Assembly: GCA_038227875.1 (NCBI GenBank)
Contig: JBBRPR010000024.1
Location: 1 to 64,000, forward strand
From: Planctomycetota bacterium
Lineage (GTDB): Bacteria; Planctomycetota; SZUA-567; H5-PLA8
Direction of reading: 5' to 3'
Length of the DNA stretch: 64,000 bases
This document shows positions 18,070 through 29,609 of this stretch, in pieces. Each line of letters starts with the position of its first letter. Position 1 is the stretch's first letter. The notes beneath the pieces were generated by a model. The model had not been told where the DNA came from. It saw only the letters and a list, made by a program, of their open reading frames with translations, and ran no database searches. A program made the translations under genes and the position numbers.

Positions 18070-21000
18070 ATGAAGCTGACACCACTCGTTTTAATGCTGT
18101 CCCTGGCATTGCCGCTTGCAGCCGCGGAGCCCACTTGGTTTGGGTACGGCGGCAACGCGCAGCATACGGCCAATTCATCTGTCGCGGCGCTGCCGATCGA
18201 GTCGATTTTTTGGCAGACGCCCGTCGACGAGCAGCCGCAATACAGCGGCAGCGACCTGTTCATCCACTACGCATCGCCGATGGCCACGGCGGCGAACACG
18301 ATCATCGTGCCGGTGAAAACGGGAGCGGCGGAAGGTTTTTCAATCCGCGGATTCAACGGCGATTCCGCCGCGCAGAAGTGGTCGCTGGCTTCCGATTTCA
18401 TTCTGCCGCCACACGGCAGCGTGTGGGTACCTAGTTTCCCCGCGACGCTGACGAAGCAGAACCGGCTTTATTTTGCCGGAGCCGGCGGCACGCTTTATTA
18501 CGTCGACAGTCCGGATGCGTCCGGCGCGACCGTGACCGGTCAAGTCGCGTTTTACGGGCTGGCAAATTACACGGCGAACAAGGTCTTCTGCGATGCGAAC
18601 ATTTTCATCAGTTCGCCGCTGACCGCCGATTCCGCGGGGAACATCTACTTTTCATTCATCTCCACCAGCAACGCGACGCTGAGCCTCGTCAGTGGACTCG
18701 CGCGCGTCGACGCCAGCGGCAACGGCACGTTCGTCACGGCATTGGCCGCCGGCAGCAACGACAGTTCGATCGCCAAACCGGTTTACAACTGCGCGCCCGC
18801 GCTCAGCCCCGACGAGACGAGCGTGTACATCGCCGTCAGCGACATCACGTCCACCTTTGGCCACGGCCGGCTGGCGGTGCTGACGGCGGCGACGCTCGCG
18901 CCGATCCGCAGCGTGGTGCTCACCGATCCGTCGGGATCGCTCTCGAACCTGCCCGACGACGGCACGGCTTCGCCAGTGATCGGCCCCGACGGCGATGTGT
19001 ACATGGGCGTGCTGGAAAATCCGTTTCTGTCGAACAACGACCGCGGCTGGCTGATGCATTTTTCCGGCGATCTGCTCACGCAGAAAATCACCGGCGCCTT
19101 CGGCTGGGACGACACGCCCAGCCTGGTTCCCGCCTCGATGGTGCCGTCGTACACGGGCTCATCGACGTACCTGATTGCGTCGAAGTACAATAATTACGCC
19201 GGCGTCGGTAGCGGAGATGGCACGAACAAGCTGGCGATTCTCGATCCCAACGCCAGCCAGGTCGATCCGATCACCACTCGCACGATCATGAAGGAAGTGC
19301 TGACGATTCTCGGCGTCACGCCGGACGCTGAGCATCTCTCGCCGACATTCCCCAATGCCGTGCGGGAATGGTGTATCAATTCGGCGGTCGTCGATCCGGG
19401 CACCGGTTCCATCTACGCCGGCAGCGAAGACGGCAAGTTGTACCAATGGAATCTGACCACGAATACATTTTCCAGCGTGGTGACGCTGACGCCCGGAATT
19501 GGCGAAGCGTACACGCCGACATTGATCGGCCCCAACGGCGTCGTCTACGCGATCAACAACGCGACGCTCTTCGCTGTCGGCACGAAGGTAGTTTTCACCA
19601 GCGGACCGCCGCCGCAGGGCCAGTTGAATGCGCCGTACACCTTTCTCGTTACCGCCAGTGGTTTGCCGGCGCCAGTGTTCACGGTGAGCTCCGGTGCGCT
19701 GCCGGACGGTCTGTCGTTGAGCTCCAGCGGCACGATTAGCGGTACGCCGACGAAGACGGGCGCGTTCTCCGGCACGTTTACCGCGACCAATCTTTCCAGC
19801 AACGCGAATCAGAATTTCAAGATCCTCATCAACCCCGATCTGCGCACACTCGCCGCGGGGAAAGTCGGCGTCAATTATGCGCAGGGACTGACGGCCAACA
19901 GTGGCCTGCCCGCGGGCGCGTACACGTTTGCGCTCGCCTCTGGATCTTCACTGCCGCCCGGGTTGCAGATCGGCGCGGTGAGCGGCCAGCTCCAAGGCAT
20001 TCCGACGGGCAGCGGCACCTACACGTTTACCTTGAAAGCCTCCGACGCCACACCGAATACGTATACCGTGCCGTTCACGGTCACGTTTGCTGCTCCGGAT
20101 CTGGTGCTGACGCCGAGTTCGTTGAGCAGCGCGAATGTCGGCACGGTTTTCAGCCAACAGTTTTCCGCCTCGGGCGGCACGGCGCCGTACACGTTTACGG
20201 TAAAGTCCGGCGCGCTGCCGCCGGGACTTGCTCTAACGACGTCGGGATTGCTCTCCGGAATTCCGACCGCAGAAGGCAACTTCGCGTTCACCGTTCAAGC
20301 AACCGACACGACTTCCGGCAATGGGCCGTACAATGTCGCTGCTGATTTTTCGATCGTGGTGGACTACGCGCCGGTTTTCGCCAGTCCGCCGAGCTTCGGC
20401 AGCGCGCTGGCGCCCGGCGTGATCACGTCCGTGCTGGTGAAGAATCTCACCGCGCAATTCAGCGCCACGGTCAATCCCGCCGATGCAACGCTGGCGTGGA
20501 ATTTTGGCGACGGCTCGCCGGTCGTTTCCGGAACGCCGGGCGCAACTGTGCAGCACACGTACGTCTCGGCCGGCACGTACACGGTGAGCGTCACCGCCAC
20601 CAATCCACGCTCGGGCGCCAGCGCGACGGCCACGCTCTCCGTCGAAGTCGACGCGTCCGCGACGCTCTCCGGGACCGAAGCGATCCGCATGAAGAAAGGC
20701 GCGATCAAACTCAGCGCGCGGCAGAACCGCATCACGCTGCAGGGCAGCATTGATCTCAATTCGGGCGAAGTCATTTCCGGCGCGGTGTTCCAAGTCGGCG
20801 TGAACGGCGTGTCGCGCGCGTTTACGCTCGACGCAAAAGGCCGCGGAAAGACCTCGGACAGCTCGATCCATCTCTCCTTCAAGAACAAGAAGGGCGTGAT
20901 CGCCGCGCAGTCGGCAGGCGTAACGGTGGTGCTCTCCGGTTCGGACATTCGCAACGCGTTGAATACCGGCGTGACCACCGATGCGCTGGGTCTGCCTACG

Positions 21001-21108
21001 ATGGTGATGGTTCAATTCCACCTGAGCGGCCGCACGATGACGTTCATCGCGCCGGTGGTCTTCAAGAAAGCTGGAGCGACTGAGTCCGCGTTGTTTGGCG
21101 GGAAGTAG
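18070..21108 (+). CDS. Large secreted protein: propeller-like N-domain, putative Ig (He_PIG) repeats, PKD domain, C-terminal beta domain
   Basis: Signal peptide MKLTPLVLML; three GALPxGL.L...G.ISG.PT units; WNFGDG...HTY...GTYTVSVT. Confidence 0.85.
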   Translation: MKLTPLVLMLSLALPLAAAEPTWFGYGGNAQHTANSSVAALPIESIFWQTPVDEQPQYSGSDLFIHYASPMATAANTIIVPVKTGAAEGFSIRGFNGDSAAQKWSLASDFILPPHGSVWVPSFPATLTKQNRLYFAGAGGTLYYVDSPDASGATVTGQVAFYGLANYTANKVFCDANIFISSPLTADSAGNIYFSFISTSNATLSLVSGLARVDASGNGTFVTALAAGSNDSSIAKPVYNCAPALSPDETSVYIAVSDITSTFGHGRLAVLTAATLAPIRSVVLTDPSGSLSNLPDDGTASPVIGPDGDVYMGVLENPFLSNNDRGWLMHFSGDLLTQKITGAFGWDDTPSLVPASMVPSYTGSSTYLIASKYNNYAGVGSGDGTNKLAILDPNASQVDPITTRTIMKEVLTILGVTPDAEHLSPTFPNAVREWCINSAVVDPGTGSIYAGSEDGKLYQWNLTTNTFSSVVTLTPGIGEAYTPTLIGPNGVVYAINNATLFAVGTKVVFTSGPPPQGQLNAPYTFLVTASGLPAPVFTVSSGALPDGLSLSSSGTISGTPTKTGAFSGTFTATNLSSNANQNFKILINPDLRTLAAGKVGVNYAQGLTANSGLPAGAYTFALASGSSLPPGLQIGAVSGQLQGIPTGSGTYTFTLKASDATPNTYTVPFTVTFAAPDLVLTPSSLSSANVGTVFSQQFSASGGTAPYTFTVKSGALPPGLALTTSGLLSGIPTAEGNFAFTVQATDTTSGNGPYNVAADFSIVVDYAPVFASPPSFGSALAPGVITSVLVKNLTAQFSATVNPADATLAWNFGDGSPVVSGTPGATVQHTYVSAGTYTVSVTATNPRSGASATATLSVEVDASATLSGTEAIRMKKGAIKLSARQNRITLQGSIDLNSGEVISGAVFQVGVNGVSRAFTLDAKGRGKTSDSSIHLSFKNKKGVIAAQSAGVTVVLSGSDIRNALNTGVTTDALGLPTMVMVQFHLSGRTMTFIAPVVFKKAGATESALFGGK

Positions 21109-21145
21109 TTAAAGACAATTAAGAATTCAAAATTAAAAATTGCCA

Positions 21146-21985
21146 CTACAGCGCCCAGCGCTCAACCGCCTCGCCTACCGCGTCGTTATCGTTGTCGCAA
21201 TCGGTCATGACCTGCGCGGCGGCTCTGCATTGCGGACTGGCGTTGGCCACGGCCACGCCCCAGCCGGCCATGCCGATCATCGTCAGATCGTTGTCGCCGT
21301 CGCCGACGCCCATCACACTTTCCAGCGGAATGCCGCGCAGTTCCGCCAGGCGCGCGACGCCGCGGCCTTTGCAGACGTCCGGCGCGAGAAATTCCAGATA
21401 CTCCGGATCGCTGCAGACCATGCTCGAGCGCCCGCCGAAATCCGGCGCCATCTCTTTGAGCAGGCGGTTGCGCGTCTCCGGTTCGGTCACCAGCAGCAAC
21501 TTGGTCGGGTGATGGTGCATGAAACTCTCAAGCGAATCGACAAAGCGGAACGGCGATCCGTTGCGCGATCGGTAGAGCTCCACCCACGGCCGCAGGTGCG
21601 GGCCGTCTTCGGTGAGGATCACGTCTTCGTGATAAAAGTTGACCTGGTATTTGCGCGCCTTGGCGTACGCGTACAGATCGCGTGCGACGTCCGACGGCAG
21701 CGGCCCATGGAAGAGGCGCTGGCGCTTGGAACTCCGCGGCCCGGAAATGACCGCGCCGTTGTAGCTGACGACATGGACATCCAGCCCGAGCAGATCGACG
21801 GTGCTCTCCATCGCCGGCGTCATGCGCCCGGATGCGAAGACGACGTCGATGCCCTTTTTGTGTGCCGCGTGGAGTGCCTCAATGGTGCGCCTGCCGATGG
21901 TTTTATCGGAGCGGAGGAGCGTGCCGTCGAGATCCAGCGCGATCAGGCGGATCGGCGCGGCGGGTTTGGTGAGCTTCGGTTTCAT
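21146..21985 (-). CDS. Cof-type HAD-IIB hydrolase
   Basis: LIALDLDGTLL, ASGR, NGA, KG, GDGDNDLTM. Confidence 0.92.
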   Translation of the reverse strand: MKPKLTKPAAPIRLIALDLDGTLLRSDKTIGRRTIEALHAAHKKGIDVVFASGRMTPAMESTVDLLGLDVHVVSYNGAVISGPRSSKRQRLFHGPLPSDVARDLYAYAKARKYQVNFYHEDVILTEDGPHLRPWVELYRSRNGSPFRFVDSLESFMHHHPTKLLLVTEPETRNRLLKEMAPDFGGRSSMVCSDPEYLEFLAPDVCKGRGVARLAELRGIPLESVMGVGDGDNDLTMIGMAGWGVAVANASPQCRAAAQVMTDCDNDNDAVGEAVERWAL

Positions 21986-22122
21986 GTAGGAATTGTAGCA
22001 AGGTGAGAGTGGGATTACAGAGAACGAATGTGATGTGGTGCGACTCATCAGTTTGAGGCCTGACAAGCGTGAGTGGCACGCGTCACGCGGTGTAACGGTA
22101 ATAACTCATCGATTCATTCCGA

Positions 22123-22189
22123 TTGAAATTGTGGCCCGTGATCGTGTGCCACTGGTGGCTGGCTGTTAAGCCACCAGTGCGAACTCGCG
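22123..22189 (+). repeat. REP-like element, left flank of RAYT
   Basis: GTGC + CACTGGTGGC-loop-GCCACCAGTG hairpin; 64/67 identical to the reverse complement of 22991-23057. Confidence 0.85.
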
Positions 22190-22249
22190 GACAACGGTAG
22201 CCGTCCGTGTCGCATTGATCGCGCAGATGCCCGAAATAAAGCGTGCCCC

Positions 22250-22318
22250 TCCGCGAGCGCGGCACTGGGACGCGCCACCAGTGGCGCAGTGGCACACAAC
22301 GGCGACCTCAATTGCAAT
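22250..22318 (-). repeat. Diverged inverted REP copy forming a doublet with 22123-22189
   Basis: Reverse strand ttgcaattgagg...gtgtgccactg...ccagtgc...ctcgcgg. Confidence 0.7.
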
Positions 22319-22402
22319 CGCGCAGTTATGCGCGAGTGGCGGACGCAGATTGATTGAATACTTCTTGCGCACGCCGCGACAATCAGGTTATGAAAAAGCG
22401 CC

Positions 22403-22978
22403 ATGAAAGAACCGCTTCATCGAAAAACCATGCGGCATTTTAATGAGTCAGGTCATGCTCATCTGCTTACGTTTTCGTGCTATCATCGTAAGCCTCTCTT
22501 GACCAACGATACGTGGAAGAGCTGGCTTTCGGAGAGCATTAATCGGACTTTCGAAAAGCAGTGCTGGCAACTTGTCTCATTCGTTTTCATGCCTGAACAT
22601 ATCCACATTTTGGCGATTCCGAAAAATTCGGAGTATCGTGTGGACGAATTGTTGTTCTCAATAAAGCGTCCGTTTTCTTGCAGAGTAAAACTGGCTCTGA
22701 AAAAGTCGAGCAGCCGGCTGCTGGATCAATTGACTGTTGAAGAACGGCCGACTGTCTTCCGGTTTAGGTTCTGGCAGGAAGGTGGAGGCTACGACCGCAA
22801 TCTCTTGTCTGTGGAAAATTGCATTAAGGCCACGGAATATCTACATAACAATCCGGTGCGGAGAAGACTGTGTTTGTCACCGGAACTCTGGCGGTGGTCG
22901 AGCTGGAAGTTTTATTACCAGCCTGAACAGTATGCCGCGGATGCTGCGCTGCCGCGGGTGCATGGGTTTTTAGGCTGA
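22403..22978 (+). mobile_element. rayT: REP-associated tyrosine transposase (RAYT, HUH Y1 family)
   Basis: HLLTFSCYHR, FMPEHIHIL (HUH), RFWQEGGGYDRN, YLHNNPVRR, WRWSS; flanked by inverted REPs. Confidence 0.9.
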
Positions 22979-22990
22979 GCTGCGTCGGTT

Positions 22991-23057
22991 CGCGAGTTCG
23001 CACTGGTGGCTCAACAGCCAGCCACCAGTGGCACACAATCACGGGCCTCAATTTCAA
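22991..23057 (-). repeat. REP-like element, right flank of RAYT
   Basis: Inverted copy of 22123-22189. Confidence 0.85.
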
Positions 23058-23194
23058 GAATGGTCAGTTGGGGAAAGTGCGCCATTGAAGTGGTGAGGTC
23101 ACTTGCGGCAACTGCGCAGTCATGGAAAAACATGGTACTTTTGTTCAAGCCTCCATCGTAGTAGAATCAATCGATCACACCCCGAGACTCGCGC

Positions 23195-24904
<1,710 letters not shown>

Positions 24905-24941
24905 GTGATGCGTACGAAGTGCGAGTGACGGCGCAGCGAGG

Positions 24942-26054
24942 TTGATTCCTTTGCTCGAAGAAGATGGTTTAGCATTTTCGAAGTTCGAGTGGTCCATCAT
25001 CCCCAAGGACCCGAATGATCGGCTATTCGGCACGCTGGTTTCCGGCTCGGTGAAGCTGGAAGACTGCGATGTCGTGCTGCTGGGTCTGCCGTTTGATGGC
25101 GCAACGCTCGGCCGGCTCGGCGCGGCGGAAGGACCGAAGGCGCTGCGCACTGCTCTGCGCAACATGAAGATTCATCGCTTCGGAAGCCCGCCGAGGATCA
25201 GCATTCGTTCGCCCGGAAACGTGCCCGATCCGGAAGCGCCGGAATCGGACGAACCGAACAAACGCGTCTCGGTTTCGTCGATACCCATTCCGCCCAAGCC
25301 CGGCGACACGGCCACGGAAATGAAAACGCGTATCGTCGACCTCGGCGATGCGGTGCTGCCCGTCAGCGATGTCGTGCGCGCTCACGCGGAAGCGGAAAAG
25401 GCGGCGCGCTGCGCCAAGCTGCTGGCCAAGATGTGCCGCAACGACAACGCGCGCGTGATCTCCATCGGCGGCGATCACTCGCTGACCTTCCCCTGCGCCC
25501 ACACGTACCTCGAAGAATTCCGCGAACACCTGGCGGTGATCAACCTCGACGCGCACCTCGACGTCCGCACCGTCCGCACCGGCGAACCGTTCAACAGCGG
25601 CACGAGCTTCGGGCGGCTGATGGATCATGGGCTGAAGACATACGTCGTCGTTGGCGTGCGCGACTTCCAGAATTCGCCGCACTACGTGAAACGCGTGGAA
25701 GGATCGGGCGGCCGGATCGTCACGGCCAACCAGGTTTTCTCCAAGGGCGTTGAAGCCGTCTGTCGCGACGTGCTGGAAAGTCTGCCGAAGAAGATCGAAG
25801 GCATTTACCTCAGCATCGACATGGACGTTGCCGACGCGTCCGTCGCGCCGGGCGTCAGCGCGCCGACGCCAGGCGGCCTGTTCGCGCATCAGTTGCTGGA
25901 AATGGTCACGATACTGAGCGCCGATCCGCGCGTGATTTCGGCGGATATCATGGAACTCGCCCCGCGCCTGGAAGAACCGAACAACGACCGCACCGCGCGC
26001 CTGGCGGCGATGTGCCTGGCGCACATGCTCGCCAACTTCCAGACGCTCACCTGA
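24942..26054 (+). CDS. hutG: Formimidoylglutamase (arginase/agmatinase family)
   Basis: GGDHS, NLDAHLD, SGTSF, SIDMDV, APGVSAP; immediately after hutU. The true start may be 24901 with an indel. Confidence 0.8.
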   Translation: MIPLLEEDGLAFSKFEWSIIPKDPNDRLFGTLVSGSVKLEDCDVVLLGLPFDGATLGRLGAAEGPKALRTALRNMKIHRFGSPPRISIRSPGNVPDPEAPESDEPNKRVSVSSIPIPPKPGDTATEMKTRIVDLGDAVLPVSDVVRAHAEAEKAARCAKLLAKMCRNDNARVISIGGDHSLTFPCAHTYLEEFREHLAVINLDAHLDVRTVRTGEPFNSGTSFGRLMDHGLKTYVVVGVRDFQNSPHYVKRVEGSGGRIVTANQVFSKGVEAVCRDVLESLPKKIEGIYLSIDMDVADASVAPGVSAPTPGGLFAHQLLEMVTILSADPRVISADIMELAPRLEEPNNDRTARLAAMCLAHMLANFQTLT

Positions 26055-26055
26055 C

Positions 26056-26862
26056 ATGCCTGTGATGCCAGACTGGATCGCGCCGTGGTTCATCCCGGCA
26101 CTCGCGATGATGTTTTTCACGGCGATGTTTCAAGGCACCACCGGTTTCGGCATGGCGCTGATCTGCACGCCGCTGCTGGCAGCTTTGGCCGGCACGCGCA
26201 CGGCCGTCGAATGCATTACGTTGGTGGCCACCACGACTACGGCGACGATCGCATACTCGTACCGGGCGCATTGGGATTTGAAACGCGCCATCTGGCTCGG
26301 CGCGCCGTTATTGGCCGGTACGCCGCTGGGCGTACTGCTGCTGAAATACCTGACCGACACCCAGCTCAAGATGGGGCTGGGCGTGGTGCTGATCCTGACC
26401 AGCGGCACGTTCGTGGCCGGATGGCTGAGGCGACGTACGGCTGAGGCTGGCGCGCAAGTTCCCGATGAAAAACCGTTGACGCCCGCGCACATCTCACCGG
26501 CGATCTGCATTGCCGTTGGCGGCACCAGCGGTGTACTCGGCGGCGCCACAGGCATTACCGGTCCGCTGATGGCCAACTATCTGATCCGCACGGGCATTTC
26601 GCGCGAGTCATTCAAAGTGACGTTGAACTTGATCTTCACCGCGTCGGCGTTGTGGCGGAGCAGTTGTTACCTGGCGATGGGAATGATTCATCGCCAGACA
26701 GTCTGTACCGCGCTGCTGCTGATCCCGGTGGCAGTGCTGGGAACACACGCCGGCATCCGCATGGACAAGCGCATCCCCGCCCAACATTTCATCCCGCTGG
26801 TCCACGTGCTGTTGACGGGACTGGGCGTGTGGATGGCGGTGTCGGGATTTCGGCAGGGTTGA
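26056..26862 (+). CDS. TauE/SafE family (sulfite exporter-like) membrane protein
   Basis: QGTTGFGMALICTP and GGTSGVLGGATGITGP repeats; multiple TMs. Confidence 0.85.
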   Translation: MPVMPDWIAPWFIPALAMMFFTAMFQGTTGFGMALICTPLLAALAGTRTAVECITLVATTTTATIAYSYRAHWDLKRAIWLGAPLLAGTPLGVLLLKYLTDTQLKMGLGVVLILTSGTFVAGWLRRRTAEAGAQVPDEKPLTPAHISPAICIAVGGTSGVLGGATGITGPLMANYLIRTGISRESFKVTLNLIFTASALWRSSCYLAMGMIHRQTVCTALLLIPVAVLGTHAGIRMDKRIPAQHFIPLVHVLLTGLGVWMAVSGFRQG

Positions 26863-26881
26863 AGGTCCCCGTTACTCCGCT

Positions 26882-28231
26882 TCACTTCTCCATCGAACTC
26901 TCCGGATCCGGCGGCGGTGGTGGCGGCGAGGTCGGTAGCTTCTTGACGTTCGGATCAATCGGCTTCAACGTCTCGGTTTCATCTGTGTTTTTCAATTCAT
27001 CCAGCTTTTTCTGATGTTCTTCCAGCGTGTTGTCGAGCTTCTCCAACTCCGCGTTCAAATGCGTGATCTCGTTGCCCACCAGCGTCAGCGCGCGGGTCTC
27101 CTGGTCGAGATCCAGGTTGGCGTTTTTGAGTTTCAGTTGGCGGTCGCTTAAATCGAGAGTGGCATCCGTCAGCCGCTTGTCCTGAAGATCCACATTCTCC
27201 TGAGCCTTGGCCACGGCAGCCTGCAAGCGCAGTTGGTCGTGAGCGGTGGCGCGCCCGAACTGAACATGCACCTCCTCCAAGTCCAGACGCGCTTTCTTCA
27301 GAGCGACGCACCATTTGTCCACGGCCGCCTGTCCGGTGTTGACCAGGTTCTCCATGTTCTTGACCCGCTTCTGCAGCTTCTGAACGTTCTTTTCCCCGAG
27401 CGCCTTTTTCTGCATGTCATCCTGTACTCGGGCATTCATGGAATCGCGCGTTTCAGCCGTCTTGTTCACGATCGTCGTCAGCGCGTCGGTCTTGGCCTGC
27501 TCGTCGCGATTTTTCCGGTCTTCGATGTCGGCCAGCCGCGACGCGAAGGACTCCTGCGCCGTCTTCATGCGCTGTACTTCCGCGGCGACGAGGAACGCTT
27601 TGTTTCCCGCCGTGCGGCGGGTCAGGTCGACGGTGATGATGTTGTGCGACGGCAGCGTCAGCTCGAAGCGCTTGAACGTCACGCCTTCCGGAACAATAAA
27701 CGCCCAACGCTGATCCAGGCAGAGCAGCGGGTTGAGCGACTGCCCGACGTTGTACTGCCCTTCGCGCTGAATCGCGGCGTACTGCCGGTCGTCGGTGTCG
27801 AACATGACGCCTTCGACCGCGGGGCAGTTCATGGGTTTCTTCCCGCCGTTGCCGATGATTGCGGAAATCACGTAGATGGCCACGCCGCGCTTGTTCAGCT
27901 CAATGCTTTTCGTGTCGATGACGTCGAGGATCACATCGTCCTTAAGCAGCTGATCGCCGATCGCGCCGTCGCTGATGGTCGCGGGGACGCCCGGCAATTT
28001 CAGTGCGCCGCTGCTCTCTTCCACGGGCCCCGCCACGGGATCGTTGGTCAGGCCGGGAAACAGTGCGGCGAGTTGAGGCCGGAAATAATGCAGTGCGATG
28101 TACGTGCAGCCACCCACGACCAACGCAAACATCAACAGCTTGGTCGGCCACGAGAAGATGGATGAATTTGCATTCCGAAGTTCGTAATGGGCACGAATAC
28201 GCCGTTCGCGCTCGAGCGCACTTTCTTCCAT
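26882..28231 (-). CDS. Membrane-anchored protein with Ig-like (DUF4352-like) domain and long coiled coil
   Basis: One TM; DTDDRQY...LNP...AFIVP; heptad-rich C-terminal half; GGAG RBS. Confidence 0.7.
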   Translation of the reverse strand: MEESALERERRIRAHYELRNANSSIFSWPTKLLMFALVVGGCTYIALHYFRPQLAALFPGLTNDPVAGPVEESSGALKLPGVPATISDGAIGDQLLKDDVILDVIDTKSIELNKRGVAIYVISAIIGNGGKKPMNCPAVEGVMFDTDDRQYAAIQREGQYNVGQSLNPLLCLDQRWAFIVPEGVTFKRFELTLPSHNIITVDLTRRTAGNKAFLVAAEVQRMKTAQESFASRLADIEDRKNRDEQAKTDALTTIVNKTAETRDSMNARVQDDMQKKALGEKNVQKLQKRVKNMENLVNTGQAAVDKWCVALKKARLDLEEVHVQFGRATAHDQLRLQAAVAKAQENVDLQDKRLTDATLDLSDRQLKLKNANLDLDQETRALTLVGNEITHLNAELEKLDNTLEEHQKKLDELKNTDETETLKPIDPNVKKLPTSPPPPPPDPESSMEK

Positions 28232-28469
28232 AACCAGCTCCTTTTAATAATTTGTACGTGTCACATTTACTATTACCTACAGATAAAATACAGCGCTTTC
28301 CGTGAGGATATTCAAAAAGTAGGTGCGGGTTTTGAAAGGAGCTTCAGGCAAATTTGCCTGATCCGCAATCCCTAGGAACACCCCACGCGCAAACCACTAG
28401 ATGTAGAAACAGTCATCGCAATTTGCACGGTGACCGATTGAGCACCGTGGATTCCGCCGCGCGATACGA

Positions 28470-28498
28470 TTGCTTATGGGCGCGCCAAGCCCCATACT
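28470..28498 (+). promoter_or_regulatory. Sigma-70-type promoter, leaderless mce
   Basis: TTGCTT-17 nt-CATACT, then 6 nt to ATG 28505. Confidence 0.6.
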
Positions 28499-28504
28499 GA
28501 AACC

Positions 28505-28924
28505 ATGACACCAGCCCTGTCCAACTTTCCCCTCGCTCACCTCGCCGTCGCGGTGAATTCTCTGGCCGATGGCGCCGCGCTTTACGTGGCCCTCGGCTTT
28601 ACGCTGGGCGAACCGGAAGTCATCGCCTCGCAGCACGTCCGGGCGCAGGTCGCATCCAAGGGCGATTTCCGCGTCGAATTGCTTGAAGCTCATCCGGAAG
28701 GCACCGGGCCAATCGCGAAGTTCCTCGAAAAGCGCGGCCCTGGCATCCACCACATCGCGCTGCTCAGCACCGATGTCGAAGGCGATCTCGAGAAACTCAA
28801 CGACCAGGCCATCATCCCGCTCTCTGGTTATCCTGCGACCGGGATGGGCGGCACGGTGGTCGCGTTTTTGGATCCGAAGACGACCGGCGGAGTGTTGATT
28901 GAGCTGGTCGAACGGAAGAGCTGA
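28505..28924 (+). CDS. mce: Methylmalonyl-CoA epimerase (VOC family)
   Basis: HLAVAV, VELLE, IAKFLEKRGPGIHHIA, AFLDPKTTGGVLIELVE. Confidence 0.9.
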   Translation: MTPALSNFPLAHLAVAVNSLADGAALYVALGFTLGEPEVIASQHVRAQVASKGDFRVELLEAHPEGTGPIAKFLEKRGPGIHHIALLSTDVEGDLEKLNDQAIIPLSGYPATGMGGTVVAFLDPKTTGGVLIELVERKS

Positions 28925-29009
28925 AACTGCATTGCGGATTAGCAATCGGGTGCACAAGGTTGTAGTCAACTGTCTCGCAAGATTTTGACGCCGCATCCGT
29001 ATTCCATTC

Positions 29010-29372
29010 ATGAACGCATCGCCGCAAAAAGCGCGTCGCTATTTTCATCTCACCACGCTGATCATTGTGGTGCTGGTCAGCGGTGCGCTGTTGGGCGCGA
29101 ATCTGTTGCCGACGCATTGGGACTATTATCCCTCCGGGTGACTGGATGACGCTGGCGCGTACAACATCCATAGTTATGGATGGCCCTTTCGCTTTGCGTG
29201 GAGTTTCACCGAATCGCCGCATTCCGACGAACGATTAATGGAATGGGGTTGGTTCGGAATTGCGCTGAACGTCGTGGTGGCCTGTGCAGCGCTCTATGCT
29301 GTGTTTCGCTTGTCCGAATACATCTTATTGCGCCCCTCTAAAGGTAGCGTAGGAAGTACTTGCCAGACCTGA
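29010..29372 (+). pseudogene. HLST/YGWP-family membrane protein interrupted by an in-frame TGA (29139-29141)
   Basis: Manual translation: MNASPQKARRYFHLTTLIIVVLVSGALLGAN...PSG*LDDAGAYNIHSYGWPF...IALNVVVACAALYAVFRLSEYILLR. Not in the ORF track. Confidence 0.75.
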
Positions 29373-29453
29373 AACTCCGGCGCTCCGTGCACACTGCGCA
29401 TCTGGTCAGAATCCGGCAATCCGCAATTTGCAAAGACTTTACGCACAGGGGCA

Positions 29454-29482
29454 TTGCATCCGAGCCTCCATTCCGCTACACT
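29454..29482 (+). promoter_or_regulatory. Sigma-70-type promoter of typA
   Basis: TTGCAT-17 nt-TACACT. Confidence 0.55.
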
Positions 29483-29496
29483 TCATGACCAGCAAG

Positions 29497-29531
29497 TGGG
29501 GGTCTTCTCCGTGGAAGGCCCCCATTTTTTT
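29497..29531 (+). terminator. Terminator-like hairpin in the typA leader
   Basis: TGGGGGTCTTC-tccgtg-GAAGGCCCCCA followed by T7. Confidence 0.6.
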
Positions 29532-29609
29532 AAAACCATCGGCATTCGGAAACCTGGTCCCGCGGGCCACGTGGCCCGTCTTGCTCGGAAGGAATGAAAA
29601 GAGAGTCCC

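Noticed and set aside
29139..29141. Selenocysteine recoding of the in-frame TGA
   Set aside because: No redox motif context, no Cys at an equivalent position in the paralogs, and no obvious SECIS hairpin.
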